Below are positions 27,633-34,054 of a stretch of 46,088 nucleotides of DNA, in pieces (position 1 is the first letter of the stretch; the number at the start of each line of letters is the position of its first letter). The notes under the pieces were generated by a model. That model was not told the origin of the DNA, made no database searches, and saw only the letters and a program-made list of their open reading frames with translations. The DNA is from a virus (Duplodnaviria; Caudoviricetes): IMG/VR virus record IMGVR_UViG_3300037473_000433, positions 1-46,088 of that record. The stretch is one strand, 5' to 3'. Both the position numbers and the translations under genes were made by a program.

Positions 27633-28034
27633 ATGAACCGAACCGACAAACTGACTGCCCCCGTCATGATTGCCCCGAACCTGAATGCAGGCGTTAAAAT
27701 CGGCGACGCATGGGTAACAATCGGCTATTCTGATCTGCCCCCGAATGAACGGGGCAGGACGCGCTACCGATGGGAAATCATTTTCGCCGATGGGACGACA
27801 GAATCGGCTGACGACATGCGTTCCGGATGTCAGGGCGGAAACCTGACAGATGGATTGAAATCCCTGCTGTCGTATCTGTCGGCTGCAGCCGAATCCTACC
27901 GATACAACGGAAACGCGTACAATGCAGATCCCGACAGCAATTGCAGCCTGTTTTCTGAACGCGTTGTTGAATTCGCATACCAGAATGACGACGAAATCAG
28001 CATGACAGAATACGAAATCGAAAACCCCGAATAG
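27633..28034 (+). CDS. Array gene 6, acidic hypothetical protein
   Basis: 133 aa; ATG abuts the repeat (TTTCTGAAATG). Confidence 0.7.
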   Translation: MNRTDKLTAPVMIAPNLNAGVKIGDAWVTIGYSDLPPNERGRTRYRWEIIFADGTTESADDMRSGCQGGNLTDGLKSLLSYLSAAAESYRYNGNAYNADPDSNCSLFSERVVEFAYQNDDEISMTEYEIENPE

Positions 28035-28080
28035 TTCCCGCGAAACCCCCGGCTAGTAATTTCTGAAACAGGAACCAATC

Positions 28081-28251
28081 ATGTCAGACTATGAAATTTT
28101 CGAACTGATCAACGACGACGAAATCGGAGAACTGCTGGGGGATGTCAGCGCTGATAACGAAATTGACGCGCAGGAATTGGCCGAACAAATGTTCCCGGGC
28201 CAGCCTGTCATCGTCTGCGAAAATTCCGACATCTGGGGCGGACGGGCATAA
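28081..28251 (+). CDS. Array gene 7, 56-aa highly acidic protein (absent from the ORF track)
   Basis: MSDYEIFELINDDEIGELLGDVSADNEIDAQELAEQMFPGQPVIVCENSDIWGGRA*; 15 D/E versus 1 R. Confidence 0.75.
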   Translation: MSDYEIFELINDDEIGELLGDVSADNEIDAQELAEQMFPGQPVIVCENSDIWGGRA

Positions 28252-28301
28252 CCCCCCCCGCAATAGATTTCTGAAATCCGAACCAGACTGGAACCCCGAT
28301 C

Positions 28302-28580
28302 ATGACAACGAAAAACCCGATTCAGGAATTGCAGGATGCAGCCCCCGGGCTGGCCGATCTGCTGGCAAATCATCTGCGGGCCAATGGGCCGGATGTCGTT
28401 TTCAACGCGTTGCATTCCGCATGGATCGATGCAGCCGAATTCCTGAACGAATCCCCCCAGTATGGGGCAGTTAAAACAACGTTGCAACTGTTGGCGGACG
28501 TCGCGAACGGACATGGCAGCATGATTGTTGAAACCCGCCCCCGCGCCTATTTCCGAACATCGGTTCGGTTCCGGGAATAG
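28302..28580 (+). CDS. Array gene 8, hypothetical protein
   Basis: 92 aa flanked by repeats. Confidence 0.7.
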   Translation: MTTKNPIQELQDAAPGLADLLANHLRANGPDVVFNALHSAWIDAAEFLNESPQYGAVKTTLQLLADVANGHGSMIVETRPRAYFRTSVRFRE

Positions 28581-28646
28581 TCCGGAACCCCCGCTAGGAT
28601 ATTTCTGAAACCCAATCCAAACCCCGAACCCGCAGGAACCCCCGCA

Positions 28647-29195
28647 ATGCGTTTTCCGAAACTAATGACAGTCTGCATCGTCCTGAACATTGCCGCGATT
28701 GCAATTGGCGCCGTAAATCTGGTTGCCCGGAAACCAGGCATTTCCGAAATTGGAATTTCGACGCGCATCGAACAGGGGGAAATCCTGCTGCGGATCGATG
28801 GCGACGATTTCGGCATGGATGCGGCCTGCGCCCGATCCGTTGCAGACGCGCTGCGGATGTCAGCCGATGAACTAGACGCGATGTTAATTTCCCCTGAACC
28901 CCCGAACCTAATCATCTGGAACCAGAAAATGCAAATTCAAATCGTTCAATTCAGATTTGGCGGCGAAACGTTTTCCATGTTCATCAGCGCGCATGCCGAA
29001 AACGTTGTCATTCAGAAATCGGGCGCAGTTGTCGCGAAAATCGATATTGAATCCCATGCGTCAGGGGACGTCGATCCGATGCGCAATGCATGGGAAACTA
29101 TAGTAGGAAACCGCGGTTGGACAATCGATCAGTTCAAAACATTCCGAACCGTCGTCGACATGCTGGCCGCTAGCGCGTTGACAACAATCGTATAG
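28647..29195 (+). CDS. Array gene 9, N-terminal hydrophobic helix; probably two cassettes fused in frame (second start at 28929)
   Basis: 182 aa; internal leader remnant GAACCCCCGAACCTAATCATCTGGAACCAGAAAATG at 28896-28931. Confidence 0.65.
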   Translation: MRFPKLMTVCIVLNIAAIAIGAVNLVARKPGISEIGISTRIEQGEILLRIDGDDFGMDAACARSVADALRMSADELDAMLISPEPPNLIIWNQKMQIQIVQFRFGGETFSMFISAHAENVVIQKSGAVVAKIDIESHASGDVDPMRNAWETIVGNRGWTIDQFKTFRTVVDMLAASALTTIV

Positions 29196-29206
29196 ATATC
29201 TATACT
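29178..29206 (+). promoter_or_regulatory. sigma70-type promoter with a perfect 16-bp palindromic operator
   Basis: TTGACA-N17-TATACT; GTATAGATATCTATAC at 29190-29205. Confidence 0.85.
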
Positions 29207-29258
29207 GGAACCATCGCGACGCAAACCCGAACCCTGAACCCCCGATTAGGAACCAAAC

Positions 29259-29645
29259 ATGATTACAAACATCGATCGTCAGTTTCTGCAGACTGTCCGG
29301 CCTGAACTGGAAACCGCGCTGGCGGATGTTGCGGCCCGATACGGCGTAAAAATCAGTCTGGGGAATTGTACGTTTTCATCTGGGGCCGCAACGTTCAAAC
29401 TGAACATTGCAACGAAAACGGAATCGGGCGATGTCATGACGCCTGATGCTGAAATGTTCAAACTGTCTGCGTATCAGTTCGGCCTGAAACCCGAAAACCT
29501 GTTCGCCGAATTTACCTATGGGGGCGAACGATACAAACTGACGGGACTGAAACCGCGCAGCCGATTCCCGATCATCGCGCAACGCCTGTCGAATGGAAAA
29601 TCGTTCAAACTGCCGATTGAATCCGTTATGGGAAAATTCGCCTGA
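29259..29645 (+). CDS. Array gene 10, phage hypothetical protein
   Basis: 128 aa; AGGAACC leader downstream of the promoter. Confidence 0.8.
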   Translation: MITNIDRQFLQTVRPELETALADVAARYGVKISLGNCTFSSGAATFKLNIATKTESGDVMTPDAEMFKLSAYQFGLKPENLFAEFTYGGERYKLTGLKPRSRFPIIAQRLSNGKSFKLPIESVMGKFA

Positions 29646-29727
29646 TCCCCCCGCAACCATCGTTCTGAAACCCGAACCCCCGCTAGTAATTTCTGAAACT
29701 GAAACCGCCGAACTAGGAAACCGAACC

Positions 29728-30159
29728 ATGAACATCAGCCTAACTAAAATCAAAACGTTTCGCGCCATGTCCCGGGAAACTGAATGTTTCGTCGCAACGA
29801 TCTGTCTGGATGGGAAACCCGTCGGAACAGTTCGAAATGACGGGGGCGGGGGGCCTGACTGGTTCGAATGGAATGATCAGGACATCGGCGAACAAATCGA
29901 AAAATGGGCCGCGGAATCGACAGGCGAAAAATTCGAACCGCTGTCATGCGTCATCGCGAATCTACTGGACGCGGCCGATGAACTGAAACAACTGAAACGC
30001 TGGACGAAATCCGGCGCGCAGACAGTCTATCGACTGACAGATATGAAACCCGGCGCATGGTTGATTCTGAAAACCCCGTTCAACGAAACGACGCGCGACG
30101 CGTTGAAAACGAAACATGGGGACAAACTGGCGGAAATCGCCAATGATCGATTCGCCTGA
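29728..30159 (+). CDS. Array gene 11, phage hypothetical protein
   Basis: MNISLTKIK...SRETECFVATICLDGK...RNDGGGG; ATG follows a tandem repeat and AGGA. Confidence 0.8.
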   Translation: MNISLTKIKTFRAMSRETECFVATICLDGKPVGTVRNDGGGGPDWFEWNDQDIGEQIEKWAAESTGEKFEPLSCVIANLLDAADELKQLKRWTKSGAQTVYRLTDMKPGAWLILKTPFNETTRDALKTKHGDKLAEIANDRFA

Positions 30160-30309
30160 TCCCCCCGCTATGGGTTTCTGAAACGAAAAACCCGGCGCCC
30201 TTGGGCCAACGAAAAACGAAAAACCGCGAATTGACAGAGATTTCTATACTGGAATCATCGGGCCGGGAACCGCGGCCCATTCGAACCCCGAACCAACAGG
30301 AACCAGATC

Positions 30310-30834
30310 ATGAAACGCCCAGTCAGCCCCAACCAAATCGCCCGATTTCAGGCCCTGCGTAAATTCGTTCCCGATCTGCGGAACGTCCCGTCAGCCGAAT
30401 TCGACGAACCTACCCCGGGTTTCATTTATCCCGTCAACGAAACAGACAAATTCCCCCTATGGATTGCGATCGATCCGAAATCAGGGACGTTTTTCCCGGG
30501 GGATGAATTCGCAATCGGCAAATACAATGCAGCCGATTTGAACGATTGCGAATCTGCTGTCATCGCGTTCATTTCCGATGAACAGGGGGCAGAATTCCCC
30601 CCGGTTCCCGCGCCGGAATCCGATTGTCTGGTTTGGCCGATCGTCGAATATTTCGATACGTCGTCAGATGCCAGCGTTTTCGAAAATCGCTGTTTCAATG
30701 CCAAACTGACGAACCGAACCGCGGCCGATATCAAATATGAAAATGGGAAATGGGCCGCGCGGTTTGAAACGCCATGCCCGAAACAATGCGCGGCAATCGC
30801 GCATGCTGTCCGCCATCCAGTTTTTTCAGTTTGA
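30310..30834 (+). CDS. Array gene 12, hypothetical protein
   Basis: 174 aa; CAGGAACCAGATCATG leader identical to that of gene 5. Confidence 0.75.
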   Translation: MKRPVSPNQIARFQALRKFVPDLRNVPSAEFDEPTPGFIYPVNETDKFPLWIAIDPKSGTFFPGDEFAIGKYNAADLNDCESAVIAFISDEQGAEFPPVPAPESDCLVWPIVEYFDTSSDASVFENRCFNAKLTNRTAADIKYENGKWAARFETPCPKQCAAIAHAVRHPVFSV

Positions 30835-30891
30835 ACCCCCGCAACGCGTTTTCCGAACCGAACCCCCGCAACGTACATTCAGGAACCAACC

Positions 30892-31365
30892 ATGTCAGAC
30901 TATCGCAAAAACCTGCTGGATGCCCGCGTAGCAGCCCGGAACCAGGCCCATTCGATCGCAAACGAACTGCAGGCGAAATTGATTGATGCGGCCCGTCCAT
31001 TCATCGGCAAAAAAATCATCAATGCCGATGGTACGCTGGCGAAATCGTTCGAATCCAAACTGCCCCCGCTGCCATTCGGAAATGGGATTCGTTGTTACCA
31101 TGATCGGTATCAAACGCTGTTGGAATTTTTTCTGGACGTCTGTAAACATGTCGTTGGGGATTCGGGCTGCGTCTACGAAAAAACGTCAATCAGCGTAGGG
31201 ATTCTGGACGGGGGGATTCTGGTTTCCGTCCGCGAACCAGAACCGAAACGGACAGACTGGACAGCCGACGAAATCATTGCGGCCCGTCAGACAGCCGAAA
31301 ACCTGCGACGTCAGGCCCAGGACGCAGAAAACGCATGCGGCCCGTTCGGGCTGGTTGATCGGTAG
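30892..31365 (+). CDS. Array gene 13, hypothetical protein
   Basis: 157 aa; AGGAACCAACCATG leader. Confidence 0.75.
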   Translation: MSDYRKNLLDARVAARNQAHSIANELQAKLIDAARPFIGKKIINADGTLAKSFESKLPPLPFGNGIRCYHDRYQTLLEFFLDVCKHVVGDSGCVYEKTSISVGILDGGILVSVREPEPKRTDWTADEIIAARQTAENLRRQAQDAENACGPFGLVDR

Positions 31366-31446
31366 GAACCCCCCGCTATTCGATTTCCAAAACCCCCGCT
31401 ATGGGTTTCTGAAACCAAACTGAACCCCGAACCATAGGAACCAACC

Positions 31447-32061
31447 ATGTCATTTTCCGGTATGTTAGGATTCGTCGCCCCGAAACCCGTTTCCCCGCAT
31501 CGCATTGAATGGGACAAAATCGCCGCGAAAATCGTTGAACTGGGAGGCGATGTCCGGTTGCAGGGAGATCATCCATTTGAATATGGGCATGCGATCGTCC
31601 AGGTTCGCGACGCGGCAACAATCGCCGCGGGGGGAAAACCGGAATCGATTTCCATTGAAATCAAAATGACGTATACCGGCGCGTCGAAATGGACGCGCGG
31701 GCGTCCGACAGGGAATTACAAAATCTGCATCGGCGCCGGCCGGGATGCGGAACGCCTGGGCGGGGGCAAAAACGGAATTCCGTATCTGAACGTAGCGCAT
31801 CGCGTCATAGCGCATGCCCACATGAAACAGCGCGAAAACGAAAACCGGATCAAACGGGATGCGGACGAAAAACGCCAGACGGAAATGGTTGCATGTCTGC
31901 GGGCGCAATTCGGAATGGAACATCCGGATTATTCAGGGCGTCCCGTCATTAGCGCTAGCCCGCATTCGTTTTCGTCGATCCTGCTGCAATTCGAAACCGA
32001 CAACCCCGCGGCCGTTTACGAATTGGTTTCGCTGGCCCAGGCATTGGGCGTTTGGAAATAA
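31447..32061 (+). CDS. Array gene 14, hypothetical protein
   Basis: 204 aa; AGGAACCAACCATG leader. Confidence 0.75.
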   Translation: MSFSGMLGFVAPKPVSPHRIEWDKIAAKIVELGGDVRLQGDHPFEYGHAIVQVRDAATIAAGGKPESISIEIKMTYTGASKWTRGRPTGNYKICIGAGRDAERLGGGKNGIPYLNVAHRVIAHAHMKQRENENRIKRDADEKRQTEMVACLRAQFGMEHPDYSGRPVISASPHSFSSILLQFETDNPAAVYELVSLAQALGVWK

Positions 32062-32067
32062 TTGGTT

Positions 32068-32134
32068 CCATGCGGGGCTGGTTCCCCCGCATGGGTTCGG
32101 GCGCGCCGGCAGGACTGGTTCCCCTGCCGGCGCG
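32068..32134 (+). other. Tandem GC-rich hairpins sharing a CTGGTTC loop (candidate structured RNA)
   Basis: CCATGCGGGG-CTGGTTC-CCCCGCATGG (32068-32094) and CGCGCCGGCAGG-ACTGGTTCC-CCTGCCGGCGCG (32102-32134). Confidence 0.65.
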
Positions 32135-32186
32135 ATTTCAACCATACCCCCGATTACTGCCTTCTGAAAACAAAACAGGAAATACC

Positions 32187-32732
32187 ATGTCAACAACCAT
32201 CCGCAAAAACGCGTTCCAGAAAATTCATAACATCCTGTCGGGCTGCGTCCTGATTCGCCAGTTCAAATACGATGACATGGGGAATGACATGCAAACCGTT
32301 TCCGCTGACGACGTCATCGCCGCGGGCCGCGAATATGAATTCGATCGGGTTTCGGAAACCGACGATCAAATCCGCTGCAGCATCCATCGCAATTTCGCGT
32401 TTACCGGATACAAATCGATCGATGGGGCGCGCCGGACGATGACGCCCAGGGCATTTCGGGAATGTTTTTCATGGGTTGATGCAGACGGGTTTATCCCGCT
32501 GGCGGATTTCGAACGGGCGACGGCCGAATTCGGCGCGTTAGTTTCCGGCGCGCTGCGTCCCCATCATGACGACGACGAGACCCGGTTCCATCTGTTCGCG
32601 ACGAACGGCGCGGAAATCTGCGAACAGTTGGGACATATCATCATTGATGAATCATCCGCCGGCCCCGATTCCGGGAATATGGACTGGGCCTGCGCCGTCT
32701 GCGGATTGTCCGCGTCCGTCCCGTTGTACTAA
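32187..32732 (+). CDS. Array gene 15, hypothetical protein with C-terminal Cys/His zinc-binding-like motif
   Basis: Start MSTTIRK after CAGGA; CEQLGH...CAVCG. Confidence 0.7.
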   Translation: MSTTIRKNAFQKIHNILSGCVLIRQFKYDDMGNDMQTVSADDVIAAGREYEFDRVSETDDQIRCSIHRNFAFTGYKSIDGARRTMTPRAFRECFSWVDADGFIPLADFERATAEFGALVSGALRPHHDDDETRFHLFATNGAEICEQLGHIIIDESSAGPDSGNMDWACAVCGLSASVPLY

Positions 32733-32786
32733 ATCCCCGCTACGCGTTTTCTGAAACCCCCGCAACTAATCATCTGGAACCAAATC

Positions 32787-33101
32787 ATGCGACTGAAATC
32801 AATCGTCCTCGATACCGAGGAGACGACTGAAAATCCTAACGATTCAATAGAGATCCGTCTGGAAAAAACATGGACTACAGACGGGACGCGGATTTACCTG
32901 TCGGCCGTCCTGAAGCTATGGGACGGACATCTAAACAGGAATTCGGAACGCATCCTGCATCAAACCTGGATCTGGGCATTTGCCACAGAAATCCGGACCG
33001 CGATCGAGTCTGTATTGCGCGCCCCAATCGGGACAATTCCGCGAAGGTACGGCGATCGCGACGTTTCGTTAATTGCTGAACAGATCAACCGTCTACGATA
33101 A
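32787..33101 (+). CDS. Last array gene, hypothetical protein
   Basis: 104 aa flanked by repeats; contains several GAG/AAG/CTC unlike the other array genes. Confidence 0.7.
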   Translation: MRLKSIVLDTEETTENPNDSIEIRLEKTWTTDGTRIYLSAVLKLWDGHLNRNSERILHQTWIWAFATEIRTAIESVLRAPIGTIPRRYGDRDVSLIAEQINRLR

Positions 33102-33128
33102 CCCCCGCTATGGGTTTCTGAAACGAAA

Positions 33129-33156
33129 ATGGGCCGTCGCGAAATCGACGGCCCAT
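33129..33156. terminator. Hairpin between converging transcription units
   Basis: ATGGGCCGTCG-CGAAAT-CGACGGCCCAT; T-rich run on the minus-strand side. Confidence 0.65.
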
Positions 33157-33242
33157 CCAGGGATTATTTACCCTTCGGTTTTGGTTTTCGTTTACCGCCA
33201 GCGCATGCCACTAGGATCACCCCCCTTCCATGAAAAATAGAA

Positions 33243-33506
33243 TCAACCATCCGCAGACGTCCGCCGATGGATCCCAGACGCCCCCGGGCCAGTCCGGCGG
33301 ATAGATACCGCCCCAGGCCCCACGCGGCTGAATGACGCATCCCCGGGCCAGACAGGCGCCGGGGGCAGGGCGGCGGATTCGGACGCGTACAGATGCATCA
33401 GATGCAGCCTGTCCCCTACGGAATCGGCGGCCGGGGGAATGGATAACCGCCAGGGAACGGAATACCCGATCAATGACAGCCGTTTTGCGTACGTATCAAC
33501 AGCCAT
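33243..33506 (-). CDS. Small hypothetical protein, possibly virion-associated
   Basis: Start at MAVDTYAKRLS, 87 aa. Confidence 0.55.
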   Translation of the reverse strand: MAVDTYAKRLSLIGYSVPWRLSIPPAADSVGDRLHLMHLYASESAALPPAPVWPGDASFSRVGPGAVSIRRTGPGASGIHRRTSADG

Positions 33507-33549
33507 CAAACCCCCCGGCAACTGCCTTCTGAAAACAAAATCAGCCCGC

Positions 33550-33930
33550 TTAACCCGTAACCGTTTCCCCTGTTCCCGGATCGGCCGGTTTGTCGTTCGC
33601 AGCCCGGGCCGCCGCCAGGGTTGCATCCAGCTCGGCCTTCGATGCCGTCAATTCCGACAGCAATTTGTCTGCCGCCGCCCGCTGTTCCGCGGCAGTTTTC
33701 AAATCGAGCTCAACCGCCGCCCGGGCCTTCTGGACGTCAGTTTGAACAGCAGCGGACGCCAGGGCGGCCGACAACTGTTCCCGTTCTGCCTTCAGCGTCG
33801 CGTACGACATGCGTTCCCGTCGCGCCGTTTCCTCGGCCGCCGCGGCATTTTTCAAATGTTCCGCCATCGCCGCATTAACGAGATTCAGCCGGGCGATTCC
33901 ATCCTGAACCTGTTTTTCCAAATCAGACAT
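33550..33930 (-). CDS. Ala-rich coiled-coil protein
   Basis: 126 aa heptad-like Ala/Glu/Lys composition. Confidence 0.65.
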   Translation of the reverse strand: MSDLEKQVQDGIARLNLVNAAMAEHLKNAAAAEETARRERMSYATLKAEREQLSAALASAAVQTDVQKARAAVELDLKTAAEQRAAADKLLSELTASKAELDATLAAARAANDKPADPGTGETVTG

Positions 33931-33964
33931 ATTGCATATACCCCCGGCTACGTGCTTCCAAAAA

Positions 33965-34027
33965 ATGTAACGCGATCTGCGTTACATCCGCAGACCAGAA
34001 TTCATCGCGTAACGCAGTTTGCGCTAC
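33965..34027. promoter_or_regulatory. Pair of inverted-repeat sites GTAACGC-N5-GCG(T/C)TAC
   Basis: ATGTAACGC-GATCT-GCGTTACAT (33965-33987) and GTAACGC-AGTTT-GCGCTAC (34009-34027). Confidence 0.5.
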
Positions 34028-34054
34028 CCCCGGCTAGGTGCTTCCAAAAACAAA

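Larger units (their letters stand above)
25988..33124 (+). repeat. Dispersed intergenic direct-repeat family AACCCCCGC(A/T)A-N4-5-TTTCTGAAA(C)
   Basis: Copies start near 25988, 26601, 26968, 27573/27607, 28043, 28250, 28586/28637, 29646/29675, 30160, 30834/30861, 31367/31389, 32146, 32733/32754 and 33100; usually right after a stop codon and followed by GAACC-rich text and AGGAA(C/A)C-ATG. Confidence 0.92.
33508..34050 (+). repeat. Outlying copies of the array motif between minus-strand genes
   Basis: 33508-33540 (ACTGCCTTCTGAAAACAAAA identical to 32156-32175); TACCCCCGGCTA(C/G)GTGCTTCCAAAAA at 33939-33964 and 34025-34050. Confidence 0.75.

Noticed and set aside
29593-29727. Upstream extensions given by the ORF track for array genes (also 25742-25774 and 32052-32186)
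   Set aside because: They run through repeats or hairpins; AGGA-associated ATGs at 29728, 25775 and 32187 fit the array pattern
30231-30250. Third intact sigma70 promoter
   Set aside because: TTGACA and TATACT are only 8 bp apart; treated as a degenerate copy
25775-32732. Alternative genetic code or simple codon bias as the cause of missing AAG/GAG/CAC/GTG/CTC/CTT codons
   Set aside because: The words are also missing out of frame, on the other strand and in noncoding DNA; ORFs read normally with all three standard stops
25988-33124. CRISPR array interpretation of the repeats
   Set aside because: Intervening segments are whole genes of ~170-620 bp, the repeats are degenerate, and no cas genes are present
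25988-33124. Classical integron with attC sites
   Set aside because: The motif is a non-palindromic direct repeat without paired RYYYAAC/GTTRRRY ends, and no tyrosine recombinase is in the window
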